Numbered from the stretch's first letter, positions 47,853 to 57,604 are shown. The stretch is 64,000 nucleotides of DNA from an uncultured virus (IMG/VR IMGVR_UViG_3300031851_000011) (IMGVR_UViG_3300031851_000011); one strand, 5' to 3'. Notes: generated by a model not told the origin, from the letters alone. Made by a program: numbers and translations.

Positions 47853-49523
47853 CTAACCCTCACAAGAAGAGCAATTCATGATAGACCTCGCCAGTTCTTG
47901 ACTAGGATTCATGCTTCGCTGATAGTAAAAACCCTTTAACCCCATTTCCCACCCAAGGATCATTAATTCGCTAACTTCTTTTGGTGAAGCCTTGGGGTGA
48001 ATCATCAGATTTAAAGACTGACCTTGGTCAATATACTTTTGACGTTGAGAAGCTTGAATTACAATTTCTTTTTGTGAAATTTCACCGAAAGTCTTGAACA
48101 CATCTTTCTCGTGATCGCTAAGAAAATCTAAATGTTTGACAGAACCATCATTATGTAATATTGATTTCCAAATAGCTTGCGTGTTTTTACCCTTAGACTC
48201 CAATAATGACTCCAAGTGTGGACTTCTAATTGTAAATTTACCCTTGGCTGAGTTCTTTGTATAGTAATTAACCGTGGGTTCAATGCCTTGAGAAACCTGT
48301 CCCAATATAAGCGAGCTTGTGGTTGTTGGAGCGACAGCCATAGTGGTTGTATTTCTACGACCATAACCTTCAAGAACTTCTGGTTCTCCAAAAATATCAG
48401 CCAGTTCCTTTGTCGCTTTGTCTGCTTTCTCCCTGATTGTTTTAAATATTTCTGAATTTTTTAATTTAGCTTCCATGCTTTCAAAGGCAATCATATTGCT
48501 TTGAAGGTAAGAATGCCAACCGAGAACGCCCATGCCTAAAGCCCTATGACGACGAGCAAACCTGTGATCAGCCTCCATATATGGCAAATCTTTGGTTTTG
48601 TTGATATATTCTTCCATAACAGAGTCAAGGAAGTAAACCATCGTTTCGACAGCGTCGGTCTCTTTTATCTCATCCCACCTCTCCAGATTAAGAGAAGAAA
48701 GACAACAAACAAACGACTCTTCTGGAGAGGAGGGTAGAGAAATTTCATTACACAGGTTAGAAGCATATATCTTCATGTCCTTATCCTTGTAAGCATCGGG
48801 CGCATTCTTATTTGCCGTGTCTTGGAAGAAAAGATATGGGTATCCAGACTCAAATTTTTTCTGAACAATCTTAGCCCAAATTTTACGCTTGCTGACATCT
48901 CCGTTTTGCATATCTTCCATCCATTTGTCTGTGATGGTGACCGCAAACGATAAGTCCTGAATAGGATGACCGTCAGATCTGATGCGCAAAAACTCTTCTA
49001 TGTCGGGGTGTTCAACAGGCAGGTAGGCGGCAAAAGATCCTCGTCGGACACTGCTTTGAGAAACTACAGAGGTGACCTTGTCGAACAACTCCATAAAATG
49101 GACAGACCCTGTGGAAGTGCCTCCAGTGCTAATAGATGAACCTCTAGAGCGAAGATCACCGAAGTAACCAGAAGTTCCTGCTCCATTTTTAGTTTGGATT
49201 CCGACCTCTGATTGTTTCGTTAGGATACCCTCCATTGTATCGGGGACAAAAACGCCGTTACAAGAAACAGGCAAACCTCTTACTCTTCCATAGTTAGCCC
49301 AAACAGGGCTAGAAAGCGAGTAAAAACCAAGAGACATGTAATGTTCAAACTTTTGACATAAATCACCAAACCTTTCCTTGTGTTTGTCGGGTGCGCGGGA
49401 TGTAAAGTCTTTCTGAAAAGATTCCCCGACACTGAGTATTCTCTCCTGTAAGCTTTCGCCTTCAAGATACCCTCTGTCTAAGATTTGTTTTGATATTTCG
49501 TTGTTCCAATAATATTTTTTCAT
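47853..49523 (-). CDS. nrdA: ribonucleotide reductase class I alpha, no ATP cone
   Basis: VSC, RRGS, NLCNEI, CCLSS, APTTTSS, YY, C-terminal CSSCEG. Confidence 0.95.
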   Translation of the reverse strand: MKKYYWNNEISKQILDRGYLEGESLQERILSVGESFQKDFTSRAPDKHKERFGDLCQKFEHYMSLGFYSLSSPVWANYGRVRGLPVSCNGVFVPDTMEGILTKQSEVGIQTKNGAGTSGYFGDLRSRGSSISTGGTSTGSVHFMELFDKVTSVVSQSSVRRGSFAAYLPVEHPDIEEFLRIRSDGHPIQDLSFAVTITDKWMEDMQNGDVSKRKIWAKIVQKKFESGYPYLFFQDTANKNAPDAYKDKDMKIYASNLCNEISLPSSPEESFVCCLSSLNLERWDEIKETDAVETMVYFLDSVMEEYINKTKDLPYMEADHRFARRHRALGMGVLGWHSYLQSNMIAFESMEAKLKNSEIFKTIREKADKATKELADIFGEPEVLEGYGRRNTTTMAVAPTTTSSLILGQVSQGIEPTVNYYTKNSAKGKFTIRSPHLESLLESKGKNTQAIWKSILHNDGSVKHLDFLSDHEKDVFKTFGEISQKEIVIQASQRQKYIDQGQSLNLMIHPKASPKEVSELMILGWEMGLKGFYYQRSMNPSQELARSIMNCSSCEG

Positions 49524-50494
49524 GCAAATACGCTGTCTAGGTCAAATGTTTGTGATTTTTTTGAATATTCTACAGGTCGAGAATGGAAAAAGTCTGTTGA
49601 ATTGTTTCCCATTAACTCCTCTTCAAACCACATTGTATCTTGAATGATATTATTGTCAACATCAAATGCTTTAGGAAATGAAATTTGTTGTAAAGAGTCG
49701 TTTATACGCTCTTTAATGAATTCTTTGAGAAGAGGCGCACTCAGTCCTTGCTCATCAATACCATTGACCATCCAGTCTATGATTTTAGATTCGGCAAAAT
49801 AAGCTTGCTCCGCTTCATGCATGATTCTATCTTCCAACTCTTTATCAAAAAGCTCTGGATGCTCTTCTTTAATAGTGTTGATGAGCTTGATACCAACCTG
49901 AGCGTGGATATTCTCCTCGTTCCTTGTGTAACGAACCTGCTGTTCTGTATCTTTTAAGACGTTCTTGTTTCTTGAAAACCAATTGATAATATAAAACTGG
50001 CTCATGAGAGATACGTTCTCAACAAAAAGAGTAAATAGTATTAAAGAATAAACATACTGCTTCTTGCTGTCTTTGTAATATCTGTGATTATACTTTCGCA
50101 GATAGTTAACCCGACCCTCGATAAAATCAAGCTTGAGGTTTTCTTCAAATACATCCTCAAGACCAAGAACTTTAAGTAGTCTCTCGTAAGCGTTATTGTG
50201 GATTACCTCTACGTTAGCCATAACATAGCCCAGATCTGTAAGAGATGGGTGTGGTAAGTTGTCTCCTAGTTTCGCCCAAAATTTCTTAACGGCGACTTCG
50301 ATTTGACCAATGGCAGAAAGAGTTCTAACAATAATCTCTCTTTGTTGATCGTCCATCGTGGTGTTGAAATCTTGAACATCAGAAGAGAAGCTAAACTCTT
50401 TGTCTGTCCAAAAGCCATTATGCATGACTTCAATAAATTCTTCTGCCCACGGGTAATAATTCGGCTTCCTTGATACTTGTTCTTCGAAAATCAT
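49520..50494 (-). CDS. nrdB: ribonucleotide reductase class I beta
   Basis: EVIHNNAY, VENVSL, EENIH, DFF. Confidence 0.95.
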   Translation of the reverse strand: MIFEEQVSRKPNYYPWAEEFIEVMHNGFWTDKEFSFSSDVQDFNTTMDDQQREIIVRTLSAIGQIEVAVKKFWAKLGDNLPHPSLTDLGYVMANVEVIHNNAYERLLKVLGLEDVFEENLKLDFIEGRVNYLRKYNHRYYKDSKKQYVYSLILFTLFVENVSLMSQFYIINWFSRNKNVLKDTEQQVRYTRNEENIHAQVGIKLINTIKEEHPELFDKELEDRIMHEAEQAYFAESKIIDWMVNGIDEQGLSAPLLKEFIKERINDSLQQISFPKAFDVDNNIIQDTMWFEEELMGNNSTDFFHSRPVEYSKKSQTFDLDSVFA

Positions 50495-50754
50495 TGTGTT
50501 TATGTTTACACGAATGTAACCCGTGTCGAAGAAAAAAGCAAGGTAAATCTCGCCTAATAGTAGATATAATTTTTACACTGGAGTTTTCTTCTTATAAAGA
50601 AATAAATATAGTGTCTTACAGTGTTTTATATATGAACGTAGTGAATAATTAAAACACAATTCTTTAACCTGACTTTAACTTCAGCGTCTCGCTTAGATAC
50701 TTATTATAAAAACCTCGTCCAAAAAATCTACAAAAACTTCACTTTTTTTTCATC

Positions 50755-50782
50755 TTGACTTTTTTACTATATTGCACATAAT
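50755..50782 (+). promoter_or_regulatory. sigma70-type promoter of sigma factor gene
   Basis: TTGACT-N16-CATAAT. Confidence 0.6.
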
Positions 50783-50793
50783 AGTATACGTAT

Positions 50794-51399
50794 ATGGACT
50801 TAACTAAATCAACAGATCAAGAGTTAGCCGCACAAGTGAGAGAAACCGCTTGTGATGAAGATGCGTTAAAAGAATTAATCTTTAGGCATTCTGGTATTTT
50901 TATGGATATGCTAAAAGCATATGGCGGTAAAAGTTTTAACCAAAACCAATTGAATGACTTTATAGACCAGAAAGACTCTGTTATATATGAAGCCGCCCAG
51001 AAGTACGATCCAGAAAGGTCGAAGTTTTCTACCTTCTTGGCTAACACGACTAAATACTTATGTTTGTCGGAGAAAACTAAATTCCAAAAACACAGTATAA
51101 TGACAAGTCTGGAAGAGACGGAATTTTGTCAGAGTGATAACTCTCCCACTCCAGACGAAGATTGTTTGCAAAACGAATCCATGGAGAAAATTAAAGACAT
51201 GATAACTAATTATCATGACAAGCGTGTGCAACAAATATTCAAGATGCGATACTTTGAAACTAACAATAACAAGCTTACGCCATGGAAGAAAATAGCCAAA
51301 ACCTTAGATCTTTCAGCGCAAAGCTGTATAAACATTCACGACAAAACACTTAAAATTTTCCAAAACCGAGTAAAAAATGAACAAACAATTGAATTTTGA
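50794..51399 (+). CDS. phage RNA polymerase sigma factor (sigma70 family)
   Basis: Region 2 AAQKYDPERSKFSTF; region 4 IFKMRY..TPWKKIAKTLDLS HTH. Confidence 0.85.
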   Translation: MDLTKSTDQELAAQVRETACDEDALKELIFRHSGIFMDMLKAYGGKSFNQNQLNDFIDQKDSVIYEAAQKYDPERSKFSTFLANTTKYLCLSEKTKFQKHSIMTSLEETEFCQSDNSPTPDEDCLQNESMEKIKDMITNYHDKRVQQIFKMRYFETNNNKLTPWKKIAKTLDLSAQSCINIHDKTLKIFQNRVKNEQTIEF

Positions 51400-52465
51400 T
51401 GCGCCCCTAAACTCCCTTAGCTTGGGCAATGTGAGCTTTAACTTTATGCGAGAGCTTCACAGAAAAGGCGTAGACGTAAACCTTTTCCCTGTTGGGGATA
51501 AAGCAGAGCTAGCCGCCTATGATAAAAAATCTGATAAACTTGTTGAGTATATCAAGAAATCAGGTCAATCCAGATACTCTAACTTAAACCCTAACACGCC
51601 GACACTTCGAGTTTGGCACATTAATGGCAGTGAACGCTGGATAGGAAAGGAACAATACCTATACACGTTTTACGAACTTGATAGCCCAACCGAGGCTGAG
51701 ATCAATATTGTTAAAGCCCAGAAGCATGTTTTCTTTTCTTCTTCTGACGCTTGCGATTCTTTTAAATCTGCTGGGTGTGATAACGTATCTCACGTCCCAC
51801 TAGGATTCGACCCTGATTTTTGTAAAACCGATAAGGAGTATATGGACGATGTTACTCATTTTGGTTTGGTCGGCAAATTTGAACGGCGCAAAAATACATC
51901 TCTAATCATCCAGTCTTGGTTGAAGCGTTTTGGAAACAATCCAAAATACCAACTTACTTGTTTGGTTAATAATCCATTTTTTGCAAAAGAGACTATGGAT
52001 GAGATGTTGCAGTATAGCTTAATGAATCAAAGTTGGAGTAATATAAACTTCCTACCACATCTTACTACCAACTCAGAGGTTAACGAACTCACCAACTCAA
52101 TTGACATTGATTTATCAGGTCTTTCAAATGGCGAGGGTTGGAATCTGCCAGCGTTTAATGCGACGGCTCTCGGCAAGTGGAGTATAGTTTCAAACTGTTC
52201 GTCTCACAAAGATTGGGCGAAAAAAGATAATTGTATTCTTGTTGAGCCAGAACACAAACAGCCATGCTACGACAACATATTTTTCCACGAAGGTCTTCTT
52301 TTTAACCAAGGCAGTTATTATAAAATCTCCGAAGAAAAAATCTTTTCAGCTTTTGAAACGGCTGTCGTTATGGCGAAACAACCGAACAAAGAAGGCGAAA
52401 AACTGAAAAGCGAGTTCACCTACGAGAAGAGTATCGATAAAATTTTAAGTGTAATCTTTCAATAG
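51377..52465 (+). CDS. GT4-like (GT-B) glycosyltransferase
   Basis: VPLGFD, GKFERRKN, GEGWNLPAFNATALG. Confidence 0.85.
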   Translation: MNKQLNFDAPLNSLSLGNVSFNFMRELHRKGVDVNLFPVGDKAELAAYDKKSDKLVEYIKKSGQSRYSNLNPNTPTLRVWHINGSERWIGKEQYLYTFYELDSPTEAEINIVKAQKHVFFSSSDACDSFKSAGCDNVSHVPLGFDPDFCKTDKEYMDDVTHFGLVGKFERRKNTSLIIQSWLKRFGNNPKYQLTCLVNNPFFAKETMDEMLQYSLMNQSWSNINFLPHLTTNSEVNELTNSIDIDLSGLSNGEGWNLPAFNATALGKWSIVSNCSSHKDWAKKDNCILVEPEHKQPCYDNIFFHEGLLFNQGSYYKISEEKIFSAFETAVVMAKQPNKEGEKLKSEFTYEKSIDKILSVIFQ

Positions 52466-52466
52466 T

Positions 52467-52853
52467 ATGCCTATCTACCTATATCAAAACCCAGAAACCG
52501 AAGAGGTTAAAGAAATCATTCAAACAATGAATGAAGAACACGTATATCAAGAAGACGGCGTAGACTGGAAGCGTATTTTCACAAAACCCAACGCTTCGAT
52601 TCAATCTCTAGCAAGCCTAGATCCATTTAACAAACGAGACTTTATCGATAAGACTGGAAATATGAAAGGCACGGTCGGAGACATGATGGGTCTTGCAGAA
52701 GAAATGTCAGCACAGAGATCAGAAAAAACAGGCACAGAAGATCCCGTGAAGCGCAAATTCTTTGATAATTACGAAAAAAATATTGGTAAAAAACACTTGG
52801 CAGACAAACCCAAGAGAATTGAACGCAACGGCATTAGCGTTGATTTAGATTAA
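52467..52853 (+). CDS. FmdB-like protein without Cys ligands
   Basis: MPIYLY..E....M..KRIF pattern. Confidence 0.55.
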   Translation: MPIYLYQNPETEEVKEIIQTMNEEHVYQEDGVDWKRIFTKPNASIQSLASLDPFNKRDFIDKTGNMKGTVGDMMGLAEEMSAQRSEKTGTEDPVKRKFFDNYEKNIGKKHLADKPKRIERNGISVDLD

Positions 52854-53800
52854 GAAACCACTCCTGAACTTGTTATAGTTGTTCCATCGATAGTAATATC
52901 AACAGTATCTGAACCAATAACAAAATTACCCGTTTGAACATACGAACCAGTTTGTGATTCTAAATCTCCTACTCGGACTTCCAGATCGTCTACTCGGACT
53001 TCCAGATCGTCTATTAGGTTTTCCAAATAGTTTTTAGCTGAATCAATAGCGTCATTAACGTATCCTAATAAAGCCACTTGTTCGCCATTATACCTCATTG
53101 CTGATCCAGTAAAATCAAAAGTTGATCCAGTAACATCAAAATTACCTGATCCGTTTATATCACCGATTATTGTCGTGTCTCCACTAACAGTAAAATCATC
53201 GTTAAAATCTGCGGGTGCGTTAACAGTAAAATTATTTTCAAAATCTGCGGTTCCGTTAAATATTGAACTTCCACTTACATCAATATTATCCTCAAAAACT
53301 GTACCATTAATAAATCTTTGACCGCTGTCAAACTCAACATAAAGAGTATTACTTGCCTCTATTTCCCTGTTTGCATTGTTGTCTCCCAACATCATGCTTC
53401 CTGTGACACCACTTGGAAACGTGACAGTATTGCCACCAATCAAAACGTTACCTGAAGAAGCGGGTTGAAAATAAGAGTCCTTCGAAAATAATATTGTATT
53501 ATCTTCTCCTCCAATCAAGTTGCCGTCTCCATTAACTACAAAGTTGCCTTCTCCACTTATAGTTGAGTTTGTTCCACCAATAAGCATACCTCTATCTCTA
53601 TCGAACACAATGCTTGGTGACATTTGAGGTATTCTTCTAAAATTAATTGTTAAGTCGCCGCTAATGTCAAAATCGCCAGTTAAGAATCGGCTCAACTCAA
53701 CTTTGAAACCAGTAGTTAGGTCTGTAAACGCCAAATCACCACTATTACTAAAAAAAGTGGGCATTTGCAACTGTTGAGGTTGAATTTTATTGAAGTTCAT
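52850..53800 (-). CDS. virion fibre-like protein with beta-helix and coiled coil
   Basis: IGG.N repeats, V.G.A.F repeats, DDLEVRV x2. Confidence 0.6.
   Translation of the reverse strand: MNFNKIQPQQLQMPTFFSNSGDLAFTDLTTGFKVELSRFLTGDFDISGDLTINFRRIPQMSPSIVFDRDRGMLIGGTNSTISGEGNFVVNGDGNLIGGEDNTILFSKDSYFQPASSGNVLIGGNTVTFPSGVTGSMMLGDNNANREIEASNTLYVEFDSGQRFINGTVFEDNIDVSGSSIFNGTADFENNFTVNAPADFNDDFTVSGDTTIIGDINGSGNFDVTGSTFDFTGSAMRYNGEQVALLGYVNDAIDSAKNYLENLIDDLEVRVDDLEVRVGDLESQTGSYVQTGNFVIGSDTVDITIDGTTITSSGVVS
52970..53013. repeat. 21-bp perfect tandem duplication
   Basis: ctactcggacttccagatcgt x2, one heptad. Confidence 0.85.
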
Positions 53801-53836
53801 GATACAATAGGTTACTTAACAAATTACACGTAAATC

Positions 53837-54406
53837 ATGAAATATCGTATTTATAAACCAAACCCTAAAAACACTGGTTGCGCCGCAACTGTTGATATTG
53901 CTAAAATCGGAGACGACTCTGTCAGCAACCTTTTTATCTCAATGATCCAGCAAAAAGGCTGGGATAATGCTAAGAAAACAGGGTCTTTTAGTGGAGGTAA
54001 AGATATTAATTTCAAATTAAGTGTGGCGGAAGCTGGCGAAATGGTCTCTTCGATCAAATCACGCATTCCGTTTGTCGCTTTTCACAAATTCAAGGACGAC
54101 TCAACAATCATCCGATTTGTTCCTTGGGAGCAGAATCGCAATGTCAAAGAAAAAAACGGAGACGTAAATTATAAAACTCCAGCATGGTCTTTGAGTGTTA
54201 AGCGGAACGGTAGTGATGTATTCAGGTTGCCAATTAGTTCTGGTGAATCTCAAGTCCTCAATGTCCTTCTAAAGAAATTTATTGCCGACTCTCTAATTGA
54301 TACTAGTGAACAAGATGTAAGGGAGAGGGCTAAAAAAGCATCAGCACCCGCTAAGAGAACAAATACAAATGCACCAGAAGAGGATAACAACGATCCTCCT
54401 TTCTAA
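53837..54406 (+). CDS. putative single-stranded DNA-binding protein
   Basis: beta-rich core, acidic tail EEDNNDPPF. Confidence 0.45.
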   Translation: MKYRIYKPNPKNTGCAATVDIAKIGDDSVSNLFISMIQQKGWDNAKKTGSFSGGKDINFKLSVAEAGEMVSSIKSRIPFVAFHKFKDDSTIIRFVPWEQNRNVKEKNGDVNYKTPAWSLSVKRNGSDVFRLPISSGESQVLNVLLKKFIADSLIDTSEQDVRERAKKASAPAKRTNTNAPEEDNNDPPF

Positions 54407-56148
54407 TGTCTAAAAAAATCAAAGTATTAGTTCATTCAAATTACTCTCGTCTTGTCACGGGGTTTGGGAAGAATATGAAAAACATTCTTCTCGCTCTCCA
54501 TGACAGCGATGAGTTTGAGGTTATTGAGGCGGCTAATGGGGTTGGGTTTGGTAATGACCTTATGACTCCTTGGAAGAGTTATGGAACTCACCCCACGGCA
54601 GATGTCTTACAAAAAATAAAAGGAGACCCAGCCAAAGAACGCGCCGCTTCTTATGGCTACTACATGATTGACAAAATTGTTGAAGAAGAAAATCCCGATA
54701 TCTATCTTGGTATTGAAGATATATGGGCTTTCTCTCAATTTGAAAAAAAGAAATGGTGGAAAGATGTTAAAACCATTCTGTGGACAACTTTAGATAGTTT
54801 ACCTATACTTGATCAAGCATATCACATGCACGGCGTATGTGACAAGATGTTGGTGTGGGCTACGTTTGCTCAAAAAGCAATGGAGGAGAATGGCTACGAA
54901 GGTGTGGAAACTATTCACGGGGCTATAGATTACAAAGATTATTATCCCCTTCCTGCTATCGAGCGAAACGCACTAAGAGAAAAACACAATCTAAGTGAAG
55001 ACTACGTCATTGGTTTTGTATTCAAAAATCAACTTAGAAAATCTGTCCCAAACATCCTTGAAGGATTTAGGCTTTTTCAAGAAAGTCACCCCGAATTAAA
55101 AACGAAACTTTTACTACACACCGATTGGGCAGAAAAAGATGCTGGTTGGGATATTGAAAAATACATCGTCGAAAAAAAGATCAACCCTAAAGATGTCTTA
55201 GCTACCTACCTGTGCCACAAATGCGGTCAGTTTTTTCTAGCTCCGTATTCTGGTGAAGATAAAAATTGCGGTGTTTGCGGTTCAACGAAAAGCGTCAAAA
55301 CAAAAAACAGTGGCAAGGGAGTAAATGAGAACCAACTCAACCAAATCTACAACATTATGGATGTTTATTGCCATCCATTTACCAGCGGCGGTCAAGAGCT
55401 TCCCATTCAAGAAGCTAAATCGGCTGGCTTAATCACTCTTGCCACATCTTATTCTTGTGGTCTTGATTCATGTTCTCAAGAAGATGGCGGAATGCCATTA
55501 GATTGGGATGAATATCGTGAACCTCATACGAACTTCATTAAAGCGACAACAAGACCTTCTAGTATATCTTCCAATTTACATAAAGTTTTCAGAATGGATG
55601 ATGAAATGAAAAAACACTTTTTGAAAAACGGCAGAAAATGTCTGGATGACCGCTTTTCCGTTGATGTTACAGTAGAGAAGTTAAAGACAACATTCAGGGA
55701 GGTTTACAAAGCTGAAAAAATTAAAGTCGAACAAGAGCAAGATAATAGCCTTGCCCCACCAGAATTGTCCGACATGTTAGATGGAGAAATTGATGACCGC
55801 ATTTTGTTTGTTATGCCAGAATCTGCTGGCGATGTATTCATAGCAACATCACTATTACCTTCTCTGAAAAAAACATATCCCAACAAAGACATTTACTTCG
55901 CTACCCAAGAACAGTTCCAACCGATACTCAAAGGCAATCCATACATATACAAAGTTTTAAATTTCCATACTGCCATGGAAAACTTACCGATGATGGAAGG
56001 CGCGAGTAACCACAAAGGATACTTCCACTTATGTTTCTTGCCTCACATCGGAACTCAACGGATGTTGGATTATCTGCACCAAGGAGATGCCGATAAAATA
56101 ATGTTCGATATTCACTCTGAAAATTATAATAAGCAATGCACCTCTTAG
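54406..56148 (+). CDS. GT4-like glycosyltransferase with CxxC-CxxC insert, fused to GT9 N-terminal domain
   Basis: TGFG, KNQLRK, GGQELPIQEA; CHKC..CGVC; ILFVMPESAGDVFIATSLLPSLKKTYP..ILKGNPYIYKV. Confidence 0.8.
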   Translation: MSKKIKVLVHSNYSRLVTGFGKNMKNILLALHDSDEFEVIEAANGVGFGNDLMTPWKSYGTHPTADVLQKIKGDPAKERAASYGYYMIDKIVEEENPDIYLGIEDIWAFSQFEKKKWWKDVKTILWTTLDSLPILDQAYHMHGVCDKMLVWATFAQKAMEENGYEGVETIHGAIDYKDYYPLPAIERNALREKHNLSEDYVIGFVFKNQLRKSVPNILEGFRLFQESHPELKTKLLLHTDWAEKDAGWDIEKYIVEKKINPKDVLATYLCHKCGQFFLAPYSGEDKNCGVCGSTKSVKTKNSGKGVNENQLNQIYNIMDVYCHPFTSGGQELPIQEAKSAGLITLATSYSCGLDSCSQEDGGMPLDWDEYREPHTNFIKATTRPSSISSNLHKVFRMDDEMKKHFLKNGRKCLDDRFSVDVTVEKLKTTFREVYKAEKIKVEQEQDNSLAPPELSDMLDGEIDDRILFVMPESAGDVFIATSLLPSLKKTYPNKDIYFATQEQFQPILKGNPYIYKVLNFHTAMENLPMMEGASNHKGYFHLCFLPHIGTQRMLDYLHQGDADKIMFDIHSENYNKQCTS

Positions 56149-57266
56149 AACGATATAGTTTATCTACGGGTTTAAAAATTGAAAACCCTGAAATTAACGC
56201 ACAATTCTACCCCGTGGTATCAGATAAGTATGTCGTGTTTCATACTTCTGCAAAGGATAATTTGCGCGACTATGATTATTGGAACGAGGTGAAATTGATG
56301 CTTCAACCGCTGTTTAAAAAACACGGAATAACAACAGTTCAAATAGGGCTAGAAAAAGATCCAACAATTAATTGTGATATTGATTTACGTGGTCAAACAA
56401 CCATAAACCAAATGGCTTATGTTATCAGGCGCTGTGATTACTTTATAGGTGTTGATTCTTTTCCCGCCCATCTTGCTGGTCACTACAACAAAAAGATGTT
56501 ATCTGTTTATGCAAACTCTTACGTTGCTTGTGTGCGACCATATTGGGGTAACCCCGAAAATCAAAAGCTAATTGAAACTCACCGCCCGAATGGTGAGAAG
56601 CCATCTTTCTCATTTGAAGAAAACCCAAAGACAATCAACCGACTTAAGCCAGACGAGATATCCAAAGAATTTTGCGACCTTGTTGATCCTGAATTTAAAG
56701 CACAAATCCCTTCGGTTTCTTACATAGGACCTAAATACACTATAGAGCAATTCGAGATCGTTCCAGATTTTCCATATCAAATCAAACACCCTAATTTATT
56801 TATACGCATGGACATGCTTCACAATGAAGACAACCTCGCTCAATCGCTAGAGGCTAGCCCTGCATCGATAATTACAAATAAACCCATTGATAAAGAATTA
56901 CTTAATAGTTCGAGAATTAAATTAATTAACTACGTTGCAGATGAATTTGACGAGAATTTTGTTAATAATATTCGCGAGAGAGGTATCGATATGCACCTCA
57001 TTTGCACAAATAAAATTAATTTAAAACAACAGCGAGTTAAGTTCTTTGATTACAAAGTGATACCTTATGATGAAGAATCTAAATTAAGCGAGTCAAAAGA
57101 AAAGATAAGCGAAGAGGTTATCAAAAATAGTCGTATTGCCAGTAGAAAAAAAGTATTTAAAAACAATCAACAATACAATAGCCACTATGAATCGAACTCT
57201 TTTGAAAATATTGATGATATTTTTCTTGACTTAGATTGGATTATGTTATATAATATTTGCAAATGA
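56136..57266 (+). CDS. GT9 heptosyltransferase C-terminal domain plus unknown domain
   Basis: MHLLERY, YVVFH, VQIG, DLRGQTTINQMAYVI, FIGVDSFPAHLA. Confidence 0.8.
   Translation: MHLLERYSLSTGLKIENPEINAQFYPVVSDKYVVFHTSAKDNLRDYDYWNEVKLMLQPLFKKHGITTVQIGLEKDPTINCDIDLRGQTTINQMAYVIRRCDYFIGVDSFPAHLAGHYNKKMLSVYANSYVACVRPYWGNPENQKLIETHRPNGEKPSFSFEENPKTINRLKPDEISKEFCDLVDPEFKAQIPSVSYIGPKYTIEQFEIVPDFPYQIKHPNLFIRMDMLHNEDNLAQSLEASPASIITNKPIDKELLNSSRIKLINYVADEFDENFVNNIRERGIDMHLICTNKINLKQQRVKFFDYKVIPYDEESKLSESKEKISEEVIKNSRIASRKKVFKNNQQYNSHYESNSFENIDDIFLDLDWIMLYNICK
57226..57254 (+). promoter_or_regulatory. sigma70-type promoter
   Basis: TTGACT-N17-TATAAT, 8 nt before ATG 57263. Confidence 0.8.
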
Positions 57267-57604
57267 AAAACGAACTAAAACTAGACGGTAAAATCAAACT
57301 AATTGGAGAAACTGTTACATTTGACAGCGGCTTCTCTAAGCGCGAATTTGTCATCACTACAAATGACGACAAGTATCCTCAAGATGTTAAATTTGAACTT
57401 ATTAAAGACAATTGCGGCAAGCTTGATGATTTGAATGACGGTCAGTCAGTTGAGGTATTCTTCAATGTGCGAGGCAATGAGTATAATGGCAATCATTATG
57501 TCAGTCTGTCAGCTTGGAGGATTGATAGCCTAAAAGCATCAAGCAACGCTGGATCTCAGCCAGAGTCATCAAATGATGATGTAGACGACGACATTCCATT
57601 CTAA
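57263..57604 (+). CDS. DUF3127 OB-fold ssDNA-binding-like protein
   Basis: FSKREFVI..KYPQ..FE, FNVRGNEYNG..SLSAWRI, DDDIPF tail. Confidence 0.85.
   Translation: MKNELKLDGKIKLIGETVTFDSGFSKREFVITTNDDKYPQDVKFELIKDNCGKLDDLNDGQSVEVFFNVRGNEYNGNHYVSLSAWRIDSLKASSNAGSQPESSNDDVDDDIPF

Noticed and set aside
34547..49523. Inteins or introns in dnaE, dnaB, recA, nrdA
   Set aside because: Conserved motifs are contiguous; no intein termini or LAGLIDADG blocks seen
50470..50652. 60 aa plus-strand ORF
   Set aside because: Overlaps nrdB start antisense and its upstream regulatory region; no recognisable motif
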